64,000 nt of DNA from Octopus bimaculoides. Lineage: Eukaryota. Below the pieces are notes generated by a model, which saw only the letters and a program-made list of their open reading frames with translations, was not told the DNA's origin and ran no database searches. Shown one piece after another: positions 1 through 12,612 of the stretch. Every line of letters starts with the position of its first letter. Positions within the stretch are counted from its first letter, which is position 1. The position numbers were made by a program, and so were the translations under genes. Location of the stretch: NCBI RefSeq assembly GCF_001194135.2, contig NC_068981.1, forward strand, positions 28,530,864 through 28,594,863. The letters are read 5' to 3'.

Positions 1-1508
1 ATATATATATATATATATATATACATGTTCTTTTTGCGTATATGTATGCTTTATACTTACAAGAATGTTTCAGAAGCTCTGGACTGTGGTCTGTGTATGG
101 AATTTTGTGAGAGTGTGGTGGGGGAAATTCTGGGGGTTTTTTTCTTAGTTTTAAGCAGACATTTATTAGATGTTATACTCTCAATAAACACTTTTATTAT
201 ATTACTGCTATCTTTTATTTATATTTATTATAATTTATATTGATTTATTCGTTCGTTTGTTTGTTTATTCCTTCTTAAACTTAAATCAGGAATGCAGTGA
301 TGACTTTAAAATGAAGTCATTTACAAAAAGGAAAATATAAAAATTCTTAGTCTTTTCGCATTTTGTGTTCTGTTTTTGGGCTGAGCGAAATTTAACGAAT
401 TTTATATTTAAGAAAGAAAAACACAGTACTCTCTTTCCAAATCTCACGCACGAGTCGATATTTAGCACGTTATCACCGGTATTGTTGTGCTCCTTTGCAC
501 TTATTCCTTTGCCGATGCACTAATAACTCTCATTTTTCATCGCTGATCAGAGACAGACAACGTTAATGTTACAGTTTAGGTCTAACAATTCTCACACATT
601 TCTTGTAATGTACCCATTGAAGACAAAAATTGCAGACTTCTTAAAATAGTAATAAAAATAAAATATTAATAATAGATATTTAATGTTTAATCAACCAAAT
701 TCAAAGCAAAGAGCTTTGAAATATCAAGATAGTTCGAGAAATTCCTTAATTCATTTGTTCTAATTTTTAAGGTGATGTTCGGCATGTTCATAATCTTGAT
801 GGCTGAAACATGTTAAAGAGCTGAAGTACTCACGTCGCTTACCTTTAAGAAGCCAATCTATGACTAGAGATATATCCAATCTAGAACCAATAAGAAAGAG
901 AGTGAGAGGGACTCTAAGTGATGAAGAGAGATGTGTGAGATAACTGTGGTTAATGTTTGCATTTGTTTGTTAGAAACTAGAAAATGTCCTGGACTCAGGG
1001 AAGTTTCTAATAGAAATGTTTCTGGAAGAAAACGATTGCGATAAGCATTTAATCCGGAAGTTTTAGTGTAACACAAAAGTTCCTTGTTGGAAAAGTAGAT
1101 GCGCATGCAATAATAGGATTCGAGTCTATATCAGAGCAATTAAGCTGAGATCGTTACTTATATATTCCAGATATAAATGCATACATACATACATATAGAC
1201 ACATGCCTTTCCCACTCCTTATCTCTGATTCGCTCCACCAATTATATATATGTTTGTGTGTGTGAATGGAATGGTGTACTACGTAATTGCCAATATATGT
1301 ACGCACACATACACACATTAAATAGACATTTTTTGGGCTGATGTAAATAAGTCATTGACCATACATACGCCCGTTTGGTTTTAGAACATATCTATATATA
1401 TAACTAAAGCAACAGACCAAAGTATATATTTAAAAAAGTCTCTCCATTCATATGTACACACTCTTAGTCACATGCAAAACCTTACACATAATATGATGTA
1501 TACAGTAC

Positions 1509-1588
<80 letters not shown>
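1509..1588. repeat. (TATC)n microsatellite
   Basis: About 20 perfect units seen directly. Confidence 0.95.
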
Positions 1589-1907
1589 GTGTGTCCAAAA
1601 ACGCGCACATATGCCTGAATGATCGCACCACTCGTGAAACTCAAAATAGCTACGCAATGAGTTATCGATTTTACCGAAACACATAAACTGTACTGCGCAT
1701 ATTGATTACTCTTTTCCTAGTTTGCATAAACTAAACGTTATACTACGTATGTATGTTGTACATTTGTGTATTTGTGTAACTATATACAAACATGCATTCA
1801 TACAACCATATATCTATATATCTTACCACTAAATACCCTCATCAAATATTTGCGTTTCGATAGGAACTACATAATATCCTACAATCCTGCACACCTGCTA
1901 TGTACAC

Positions 1908-1908
1908 C

Positions 1909-1974
<66 letters not shown>

Positions 1975-1982
1975 GTTACTAC
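1908..1982. repeat. (CAC)/(TAC)n trinucleotide microsatellite
   Basis: Seen directly; explains the poly-L and poly-S ORFs. Confidence 0.95.
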
Positions 1983-2210
1983 TCTCTTCTTCTCCGCTCT
2001 TCACAGAAAATATCTCTGATGACATCGCGACAGCCTGCTTAGTGCACATAAAAAAATAAAAATGACACATCACAAACATCAATGAATTTCTGTATAGGAA
2101 ATTTTCTGGATGGTAAAGTAAATTTAGCTTGTTAGATGAGGAACAGACACTGTATGAATCTCTAGAGATTTCTTTCTGCTCTCTTACTAGAGTCCTGTTT
2201 ATCTTTCTAG

Positions 2211-2297
2211 GAGATTGCGGCTGTCTGCCTGGCGTTTGGCCCCATCCGCATCACCCCGCCCTGAACGATTATCTCTAACACCAAAAATCCAGAGAAG
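2211..2297 (+). other. Possible 87-nt internal or alternative exon of unknown assignment
   Basis: GC-rich island bounded by tttatctttctag| and AAG|gtatgc. One frame is open throughout (RLRLSAWRLAPSASPRPERLSLTPKIQR). The phase compatible with the 7024 exon contains a TAA. Confidence 0.25.
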
Positions 2298-4788
2298 GTA
2301 TGCAAAGTAGAACTTTAGTTATTTAACTTAAACACCGTTTTCTATACTAATCCTATGAAAGTAATTTGTCATTTGTTCCTTTCCCCCTTATTTTTGGTGG
2401 TGTGGTGTAGGCTTGTCTTGGAATTGTTTATGTGAAAGATATCTAACTAATATTATACAACCATGAAAAAAAAAAATGTAAAGAAAAATGATGCATACGA
2501 TGTAGCTGAGAAAACTTTATAGTTAGACTTGATTGGCAGGATCTGTTGAAAGTTGGAAAAACTACGGTAACACTTGATTATATTCCTTAACATTGTAAAC
2601 TCAGATCACTGTAAATTTATCTTTGTTTTTCATCCTTCCATAGTCAATAAGATAAATACCAGTCAAGTACTGGAGTCGATATCCAATGACTGAAAGCTGT
2701 GGAATCCAAATGGCTCTTACATAATAATTGCAATCATAAATGGAAAACGCGGAATGGTAACGGGGAACGTGGTGGCGAAACTACCCTTAGACACAATTGC
2801 AAAAGGATAAAAAAATTTCCCTAACATCTCATGCCTATGAATTAATGTTGGGGCACCAAATGCGTCCTTGCTCCCAGTTGCTGAGACCCTTTGCTATGCC
2901 ACTGAAGGACACATTGGATAATGTAGTTTTATATCATATCTGAGTAGAATTGAAGATGGTCATGATTACAATGTCTTTGTTATTAAGTCTATTTGATTAG
3001 TGCTAACCCATGGTTAAGAAACAAGAATAGCAGCAATCGAAACGAACCAACATCTGAAGTAAAGTATAGCATCTTAAAGTTGTGGATAAGGAACAATAGA
3101 AAATTTAGGCATCAGCCAATTTCCCCAAAGGTATAAAGTATATAAGTGAAGCAGACCTGATTGTAAATTAGAATGTTAACTCGAATGGCATTCTTCTAGA
3201 ACTTTCTATCATAGGAAGTTTCACGTAACCGTGATATATTTGATAAGATAAAACGAAAGAATACTCTGGAAGGCTAAGCATTGATGAAGGTTAATAGGCA
3301 AGGATTAAGTATGAAAACACTGTTAATACAGTTTGAGGTGTTGCTTTACTTGGTGACTTTATTAGAATTATAACATTTCCTGACTATTTACGAGTGATAC
3401 TTAACTCTTCAACGTTATCAACGTTTGAGCCACATGAGCTGCAAAGCAATTAATTTCAGGATTGTTCGCAGGAATGTCAGTTGGTTAATCACGTCTTCGC
3501 AATCCCCTTGGCTTAAAAGACTGTGATAATGCATAGGATTTTATATTGATTTGTAGCATTACTCAATGAGAATTAACAAAATATGTAGATTATATAATAG
3601 CTTCATGTGCCGCGTTCAAGTCCACAATAATAACTTTGTATTAAACAGATGAAAAAGAAAAAAAAATCTTTAGTCACCTTGAAGACAGAAACGCGCCGTT
3701 TTAATTATAGCTATTCCTGTATGAAAACCACACGAATGCAGTAGGGAAATATTTTCTTTGCTTTAAAATGAATTATTCATAGATCAGTGCACTTTGAAGT
3801 TCAAGTTCTGTCAGTATCGACTCCATTTTTCATTTGGGTCGATTCAATATGTTGTTGCACAATAACCGGCCTTGTGTATGTGTCTCACCACCCAAACATA
3901 TGAAATTTACATACAAATACAATGCTTCTCACATATAGATACAGCAAAATGTAAATAACTGATGCATGAACTTTTTTCCAGAAGATGCGTAGCAGTTTTA
4001 TCAGATAATTTAAATAAGGTTACCGATTCGACTCTAATTGCTAAGAGCAATCAAGTACATATCGCTAAAATGTCTTACGGTTTTCTGTGCAAAAAGAATA
4101 ATTTTAATAACAGTAACATACGCTACGAACATTATTCTTTCTCTCAATGTAAAGCTTAGAGAAAAGGATGAGGCAAATCGGATACATAAACAGAATAGCA
4201 AGACAGGCTTTACACGTTCGTCATAAGGCACATTCAATACATCTTTATCTGAAAACAAACTCTCTGCATACATCTCAAGGCAAGCTTTAAGGTTTATACA
4301 AGGTTTGTACAAAGGCAAATTTTCTAGGTGCACCTCACAGCAACCATTATAGAAGCAAGAAACGGTTAGGAGTTTTGGAATTTTGCAATACTGAATTTAA
4401 AACTGAATGAGGTTTGAAGTTTTTGAAGTGGTTGATTTAATAAGACAATATTAAGCAAATATTTTTGGCGTTGAAACGACAATATATTTTAATGAAAAGA
4501 CATATGTTACGAAAATAATCAGTTCGGACAGCTAGATAAATACTGGTCAAGCCAGTGACTTTAACGTCAATCTTAAACGGATTGCTTACATAGGTACTGA
4601 GTTAAAAAATGTTGTAGATTAATCACTCATTTTGACAGGTACGAGTTTGCTGGACCCAGTATATTTGAATTCATAACTTAAAAGAGCACGAATATGCCCA
4701 TTATTTACCGTTATAAGCTGACTCTTATTGTCGGGGCTTTTCTTTAATTGAAAATATTTCATGTAGATGCTATATGAATATAGTTATA

Positions 4789-5043
4789 GAGGCGCGTGGC
4801 TTAGTGGTTAAGATTTCACCACCATGATCGTAAGATTGTGGTTTCGATTCCTGTAACGGGCGACGCGTTGTGTTCTTGAATAAAACATTTCATTTCACGT
4901 TGCTCTAGTCCACTCCGTTGGCAAAAATGAGTAACGCTGCAATGGACTGGCATCCCGTCCAGCTGGGGAAGACATACGCCATTGAAACTGGGAAACCGGG
5001 CCCATGAGCCTGGCTAGGCTTTAAAAGGGCGCATTTATTTTAT
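4789..5043 (+). mobile_element. tRNA-derived SINE, family C, full length
   Basis: A box TGGCTTAGTGG, B box GGTTTCGATTCC, body ...tgtgttcttgaataaaacattt...gcaatggactggcatcccgtccag..., (TTTA)n tail. A related copy lies at 51830-52075. Confidence 0.85.
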
Positions 5044-5995
5044 TTTTTCATTGCTCTTACACAGGATTATAGTATTTTTGCAAGATATATGAAGTACTGA
5101 GAGCTTCTACACGAATACTGTACCTGCTAGATGAAACAGCAAAATTCATACNNNNNNNNNNNNNNNNNNNNNNNNNNNNNNNNNNNNNNNNNNNNNNNNN
5201 NNNNNNNNNNNNNNNNNNNNNNNNNNNNNNNNNNNNNNNNNNNNNNNNNNNNNNNNNNNNNNNNNNNNNNNNNNNNNNNNNNNNNNNNNNNNNNNNNNNN
5301 NNNNNNNNNNNNNNNNNNNNNNNNNNNNNNNNNNNNNNNNNNNNNNNNNNNNNNNNNNNNNNNNNNNNNNNNNNNNNNNNNNNNNNNNNNNNNNNNNNNN
5401 NNNNNNNNNNNNNNNNNNNNNNNNNNNNNNNNNNNNNNNNNNNNNNNNNNNNNNNNNNNNNNNNNNNNNNNNNNNNNNNNNNNNNNNNNNNNNNNNNNNN
5501 NNNNNNNNNNNNNNNNNNNNNNNNNNNNNNNNNNNNNNNNNNNNNNNNNNNNNNNNNNNNNNNNNNNNNNNNNNNNNNNNNNNNNNNNNNNNNNNNNNNN
5601 NNNNNNNNNNNNNNNNNNNNNNNNNNNNNNNNNNNNNNNNNNNNNNNNNNNNNNNNNNNNNNNNNNNNNNNNNNNNNNNNNNNNNNNNNNNNNNNNNNNN
5701 NNNNNNNNNNNNNNNNNNNNNNNNNNNNNNNNNNNNNNNNNNNNNNNCTAATTCAATTATTCTTTCGATTAATATTTAGAACATTTTGATTGCTACTTGT
5801 GGTGTTAAACACGTAATTACACCTATCATCACGAACATATATTATTCAATGAGAGCTAATGCCCCGCAAAGAGTAGGTTAATAGAACTCTACTGAGGACT
5901 TCGTTCCCACGTAATGATTATAGTGATCGTACGCTGAATACCCTCTAACATTCCCAACGACTGTCGAAGTAATTCCGAGTGAACAAAACACACAC

Positions 5996-6034
<39 letters not shown>

Positions 6035-6095
6035 GAGATAGATAGATGGATAGATAGAGAGATAGATATATAGATAGATAGGAAGTTAGGTAGAT

Positions 6096-6133
<38 letters not shown>

Positions 6134-6364
6134 CATACATACATACATACATACATAGATAGATAGGTATGTTCATACGAAAGAGGTACATTTCTCTATG
6201 CGTTCACTTATTTATGTGAATGTCTTTATGAGCTAAGTGTAAATATCTGGCCAAATTTAGTTGAAATAACTATTCGCATACTCCTAGCTTGTTTTTTTCT
6301 GTAATTTTCTGTCTCCTCTCTCTCTCACTCTCTCTCTCTCTTACATACACACATACACACACAA

Positions 6365-6402
<38 letters not shown>

Positions 6403-6495
6403 CAACACACTCTTCGTATTCAGAAACACACACACACACACACACACGCATACACACTCTACGTATTCATACGCACACACACACACACACACGCA

Positions 6496-6528
<33 letters not shown>

Positions 6529-7023
6529 GTTCATTAGTTTTCATGCTTCACTCTGTGTCTCCCTTTCACCATCTCTCTCCCTTTATCTCTTTGCACGGAT
6601 ATTTTGTCTGTTATCATTCCATGACATGTTTTCTTTCTATATTTATCAAATCCAAACTTATCCCCACTGATTATGTACTGCGTGTATGTATATGTATGCA
6701 TACATATATGATATCACTTATACTATTTAACAATGCGCATGTTAATTCGGCAAAAAGCTTAATTAACGGTGCGGTTTTTTTTTTTTTTTTTTGTGAAAGA
6801 CAAATGGCTATCCGGTTTCGATTTCTTTTTGAGGTCAATGCCACAAACACAAATAGTCGGTATTATATAATTTCAAGCTAATTTCTTTGATTAAGTTGAA
6901 TATATCATTATTTTGTTTATTTTTTTTGAGATTCTTATATAATTTTTTAAACTATCTATCATAGAATATGCTGTATATTTTTTGTTTATTTATCTTGTCT
7001 TTTTTTTTCCTTATATTTTCTAG

Positions 7024-7223
7024 TTACCCTCAACCCAGACGGCCATTATATGCATGGAGATATGATTCCAACTCCTGCAACTCCTGAATCCATGACGTTA
7101 GCAACTCCAGAAGGACCGTACATTACAACTGGGCTACACCCACGTTCTTTGGCAGCACACGGATTCACAACAACATTCTCACATAATCACCCGCGCGCCG
7201 AACTTACAGGAGAAGCATGGTGA
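7024..7223 (+). CDS. Lhx1/5: Terminal coding exon, probably of a LIM-homeodomain transcription factor of the Lhx1/5 (Lim1) class
   Basis: Pyrimidine-rich acceptor ccttatattttctag| ends at 7023 (phase 1). Open frame xTLNPDGHYMHGDMIPTPATPESMTLATPEGPYITTGLHPRSLAAHGFTTTFSHNHPRAELTGEAW ends in TGA at 7221-7223; the other two + frames close early. GC and complexity are higher than the flanks. It resembles remembered vertebrate Lhx5/Lhx1 C-termini (DMISHPDTPSPE...TLHP...LSHPNPELNEAAVW*). No LIM or homeodomain exon is in the window, so the gene name is inferred. Confidence 0.55.
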
Positions 7224-7298
7224 CACCACGTGATGAGTAACACTGAAAGCTTTACACATCCCCATCATAATCATCACCATCATCAACAACAACAACAA

Positions 7299-7329
<31 letters not shown>

Positions 7330-8211
7330 AACCACAACAACAACATCACCAAAAGCAACAACTACTTTTAGTACAACAACTACTGCAACTACGACAAGAA
7401 AGGAAGAAAGAAAAAAACAACGCTCTCATAAATAAATAATATTGGTTGTGACAAGACATGACACTTCCAATAGTACATAAATCTTTATTGAAAAATGAAA
7501 ATATATTTAAAAATACAAAGAAGAAAATGCAGGATTGTATGAAATGATAAAAGACAAATTGTAAACATTAGCTGAATACACCGTGATATCATTTCATTTT
7601 GCGTGTATGTGAGGTGGGAACGAAGTGTATTTAAATGATTACATATATATGTATGTATATATATATTTGTGGGTATGTAAATATATACATGTGTATGTAT
7701 GTATATNNNNNNNNNNNNNNNNNNNNNNNNNNNNNNNNNNNNNNNNNNNNNNNNNNNNNNNNNNNNNNNNNNNNNNNNNNNNNNNNNNNNNNNNNNNNNN
7801 NNNNNNNNNNNNNNNNNNNNNNNNNNNNNNNNNNNNNNNNNNNNNNNNNNNNNNNNNNNNNNNNNNNNNNNNNNNNNNNNNNNNNNNNNNNNNNNNNNNN
7901 NNNNNNNNNNNNNNNNNNNNNNNNNNNNNNNNNNNNNNNNNNNNNNNNNNNNNNNNNNNNNNNNNNNNNNNNNNNNNNNNNNNNNNNNNNNNNNNNNNNN
8001 NNNNNNNNNNNNNNNNNNNNNNNNNNNNNNNNNNNNNNNNNNNNNNNNNNNNNNNNNNNNNNNNNNNNNNNNNNNNNNNNNNNNNNNNNNNNNNNNNNNN
8101 NNNNNNNNNNNNNNNNNNNNNNNNNNNNNNNNNNNNNNNNNNNNNNNNNNNNNNNNNNNNNNNNNNNNNNNNNNNNNNNNNNNNNNNNNNNNNNNNNNNN
8201 NNNNNNNNNNN

Positions 8212-8255
<44 letters not shown>

Positions 8256-8461
8256 GCATGTATGTATGTATATATATATTTGTGGGTATGTAAATATATA
8301 CATGTGTATGTATGTATGTGTGCTTTTATGTGTATAAATAAATATACATATGAAATATGCTTACACATTTATGCATGCATATATGTATGTGTGTGTATAT
8401 AATTTATATAATATATGCATATATAAGTAAATACATATGCATACATATATGTATACATATA

Positions 8462-8538
<77 letters not shown>

Positions 8539-8597
8539 GTGTGTGTGTGAAAACGAAATAAAATATAAGAACTATTCTGTAACATATATATCATATG

Positions 8598-8637
<40 letters not shown>

Positions 8638-8997
8638 ATCGAGTTAAAATGAAACTGAGTGTTTGTAGGTGTGAACGAGTTTATGCGAGTGAGAGCGAAA
8701 AATAGTAATATTGAGAGAGAGGAATGGGAAAGTGATTATATTGACAAAGTTGAGTAATGAAAAGGTTATAAAAAACAAAAGAATAATATTAATAATAATA
8801 ATAATGATAACTCTACGACATTGTAAAGGCTTCGTCGTAGATGTAAAACTTTGCTACGAAGAATATTTCTCAGATCAACGTAAAAGGAGATATCCATTCT
8901 ATGTTCATTAAAATATTTAAATGATTGAGAGAAAATATTTGACAGACAACCTCATGAATAAGCAGACTTTAGTAAAATGACAATAATGAAACAGAAC

Positions 8998-9032
<35 letters not shown>

Positions 9033-9195
9033 ATATATATATATAAAAAAAGTAAAGAAATCAATGAAAATTATACGAAATAAAAAAAAGAAAAAATACA
9101 ATATAGTATGTCATGACACTATGTAATTTCTGTATTCTGTTTTTGTTGTGTCAGTATTACATTTTCATAATGACAATGTTGACAATGTTGAAATC

Positions 9196-9196
<1 letters not shown>

Positions 9197-9262
<66 letters not shown>

Positions 9263-9284
9263 GTAATAATAATAATAATAATAA
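9197..9284. repeat. (AAT)n microsatellite
   Basis: Seen directly. Confidence 0.95.
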
Positions 9285-9431
9285 TTTTTTTCAGTATTTG
9301 ATACCACAGCTTGACTGGTACGTCATTTTATCTTTGCCCGGAGATCCCGGTGTCATAGAGATCCAGAAAACAAAAATACAGCAAATCACTATATTCCGAT
9401 GTTAAAGTGATTAAACGAATCCTTAATATTC

Positions 9432-9646
9432 TTTTCTACTCTTAGCACAAGGCCTGAAATTTTGGTGGGAGGGGGCCAGTCGATTAGATCGATCCCCAGT
9501 ACACTATTGGTACTTAATTTATCGACCTCGAAAGGATGGAAGGCAAAGTCGACCTCAGCAGGATTTGAACTTAGAACGTAAAGACAGACGAATTATCGTG
9601 AAGCATTTCGCCCGGTGTGCTAACGTTTCTACCAGCTCACCGCCTT
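9432..9646 (-). mobile_element. tRNA-derived SINE, family B, full length
   Basis: Reverse complement starts taaggcggtgagctggtagaaacgttagcac, has B box aagttcaaatcc and the family core ggtcgactttgccttccatcctttcgaggtcgataaattaagtacc. Many homologous copies occur in the window. Confidence 0.9.
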
Positions 9647-9757
9647 ACCAATCCAAAATATTGATAATTGTTTCTAATTAAGGCAAATCGCCTGCAATTT
9701 GAAAGAGAGGATGAGACAAGGCGACACGATTGAACTTAGTACTTCATCAGTAATTTA

Positions 9758-9985
9758 TTGGGTTGTCCGGAAAGTTCGTGCCGATTTTTAAGAGAAAGTA
9801 AAAGGTCAATAAATACTTGCCATTACATTTTTAATCAACCAAATATGAACCATTTTGTTGCGCAATGCGTCTCCATCTTTCCTTTAACTTGAAAATACCC
9901 TCTTCCCAGAATTGAGGCGGTTTCATGGCAAATAAGTCGAAAGGTAAGCTATTATAAATCAGCACGAACTTTCTGGACAACCCAA
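9758..9985 (-). mobile_element. Mariner-derived MITE / internally deleted mariner
   Basis: About 30-bp TIRs TTGGGTTGTCCGGAAAGTTCGTGCCGATTT / AAATCAGCACGAACTTTCTGGACAACCCAA with TA TSD. The interior encodes a mariner transposase C-terminus on the - strand (MKPPQFWEEGIFKLKERWRRIAQQNGSYLVD*). It is inserted into a decayed family B SINE. Confidence 0.9.
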
Positions 9986-10337
9986 TATTTTATCAAATTT
10001 GGATTGATGAAAGCATAGTTCATCTCAGTTTGTCCTAAACTTCAAACGTCAATGTTCATACCTAAGCATGGAAGACGGTTTGTTCGATACTCTAATAATA
10101 ATTATTTCTTTCATAAGCCTAAACCATGAGTAGAGGGATTTGGGTAATACCATTGAGCACAGAACAAGATTGATAATATATTTTCTCACACTAGAAGATA
10201 AAAGGCAAGGTGGCTTTGGCGGGAATTCAACTTAGGTCGTATCACAGTCGAAAGTAGTAATACAAGGTATTTTGTACGACACAGTTCTTGCAATCTGCCA
10301 ACCATGAAGAAGGAATATTCGGTTACATTGGCTACAG

Positions 10338-10532
10338 CAGTGGTTCCCAACAGTGGTTCCCAACACTTTTATTTAAATGAGTTTTCCTACGGACCTCTTT
10401 TAATATGCTTATCCTTATGTACACACACACATACATACATACATACATACATACACACACACACANNNNNNNNNNNNNNNNNNNNNNNNNNNNNNNNNNN
10501 NNNNNNNNNNNNNNNNNNNNNNNNNNNNNNNN

Positions 10533-10588
<56 letters not shown>

Positions 10589-10656
10589 GAGATTTTGAAT
10601 TTAGTTCACAGACCATACCCACTACTACCTTTGCGGACCCAGCTTAGTAACCACTG
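10338..10656. mobile_element. hAT (Charlie-like) MITE with internal microsatellite and gap
   Basis: Ends CAGTGGTTCCCAAC ... GTAACCACTG; 8-bp TSD ggctacag/gactacag (7/8 match); subterminal gcggaccc motif. Confidence 0.75.
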
Positions 10657-12390
10657 GACTACAGTAATTGATTTGTGATTTATTATCCACAGAAGGATGA
10701 AAGTCACAACTGATCACATCAGGATTTTAACGCAGGAACGTATAGCTTATTTTTATACAACATATTTGACAAATGAGTGTGTAATAAATATGAAAATGAA
10801 ACTGGCTCTTTCAAAAGTGGAGACAGCTTTCCATGTAGGATTAGAGTACAGCGATATCCTCGACCTTCACCGAAACAGACTTCTATTCAACATAAGCACT
10901 TTGATCAATTTTCTACTTTCAACAATGTTTCATGCAATTTTATCTACTCTCCCTTTTGATCTTGTGTCAAGGAATATTTTCAGAAGACGATGAAAATATC
11001 ACCAGGAAATAAAATAAACATGATCTTTCTGCCCACACTATTTCTGCTTAGATAGGTAAACTCAAATAGCATTTAGAATTTACGACAGCTGTTTCAGTAG
11101 GATTTTATCTATTTAATACAGTCATAAATGATTACATCATAATATATAATCCATCAATCATCAGACAAAATCGTACCTTCTTAAAATCTTACCTTTTTAT
11201 AATTTCATCTAAAAATGATGGATTATCTAAAGATGATAGATTAAAATTTTATCAAAAGATGATAGATATTATGATGTAATCTTTTATAACTACATTAAAT
11301 AAATAATAGTCTACTGTCATAACTTTTAAACGCCATTTGTGTTTATTTTTTTATACCTATGTCATACCAAATGCCCACCGCTGAGTGGGGTCTATGGTTT
11401 GAATCTAATTTGGTACTTGTATATCTACGGTTTTCTACTAACACTTCATTTCTTCAATGTTATTTATTTCACTGTGAGGTCTATGTTATCGTTCTTAACC
11501 ATTTCTGGGCTTCTACAAGTCAATGTGCCTTGATTGTAATGAATCTTCAAAGCAATATCGTTTGTATAAACTGCAGTGATGAAAACATCTCGCATTTAGT
11601 TAACTCAGGAACGAAGGCGATTTTACAATATTTATTGATAGCTAAATTCACCTTTTATATGACAATAACTTCTCGTCAAAACACCACGTTTCAGTGGTTT
11701 CTGACCCTTTCCGCATCATGGACATAACAGTTAAAATTTTTTTTTTCATACTTGTGTACTTGTATACCTTATTCACATTGTCAACGGGCTCCGGTAAAGA
11801 TTTTAGGAAATGCTAAGAATTTCTTCATATTCACCACCTGAAAGTGGTGTAGTCATTCTACCTGTAAGTGGTGTATTCATTTCATTCCATCATACTCTTT
11901 ATAAGCATCTGCGGTATTTAACTGCGAATATTCAACCAACTGCGTTGTTATTTAGTAGAAAGCATGAGTAGCTGTCAATAATCGAGATGGTAGCATCAAT
12001 ATTCGGTACATGCACCGGCTAATAATCGAGACATCCCAGTACATTTGAAGAATTGATACCTGTAAGAGCATCTTTAAATATCGATAGAGAAGTATATGGG
12101 AGAGCTAGAACCATTCCGTCAGATGTTTTTTAGAACAAGACATAATTGTCGTAGTGCAGAAGTCAGAAAATACCATTCACATGAAAAACTATTTATGAGC
12201 TAATAGTAACCAGAAGTAAATATATTAGTCGAAGCATAATGATAATCAATGCCTCACGTATCTTTTGACAAATACTGGAGGAAACCTCCAGTATTTGTCA
12301 AAAGATATATATATATATTTTTTTTTTTGTTGCTATTTTGAATTCATTATCGGACTTTCTGAATTATCAATGAAAGAATTACTAAATATA

Positions 12391-12612
12391 CAGTAATCCT
12401 TCGACTATCACGAGTGCTACATTCCAAAATACACCGCAATAGGTGAAAATTCGCAAAGTCGAAACAGTACTGTACCGTATATTTTTTATATTATTTTAAA
12501 AATTTGTATATATTTATTTTATAAAAAAAGCAAAACAACACCACGGAGGAATCGACGCAAGCTTAAGTAATAAACCACGATAAGTGAACCGTGATATGGC
12601 GAAGGATTACAT
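12391..12612. mobile_element. pogo/Tigger-like MITE
   Basis: Imperfect TIRs CAGTAATCCTTCGACTATCACG / CGTGATATGGCGAAGGATTAC, flanked by TA, AT-rich interior. Confidence 0.75.

Noticed and set aside
2010-2040. Isolated CTGATGA hits (also about 9745, 13987, 53493)
   Set aside because: No GAAA box or stem pairing at suitable spacing, so not hammerheads.
3962-4333. Overlapping ORFs with a faint YI..R..LHVR.K.H GIY-YIG-like echo
   Set aside because: Too degenerate to call; lacks the diagnostic YIG and Cys residues.
4789-4870. tRNA-like sequences at SINE heads
   Set aside because: They have A and B boxes but no closed acceptor stem or cloverleaf and continue into SINE bodies; not tRNA genes.
7221-7223. 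TGA as selenocysteine
   Set aside because: No SECIS-like stem with AUGA/GA quartet and AA loop was seen downstream, and the protein context is not selenoprotein-like.
7625-8310. Same ~70-bp sequence on both sides of the 7707-8210 gap
   Set aside because: Most likely an unmerged contig overlap or scaffolding artefact rather than a real direct repeat.
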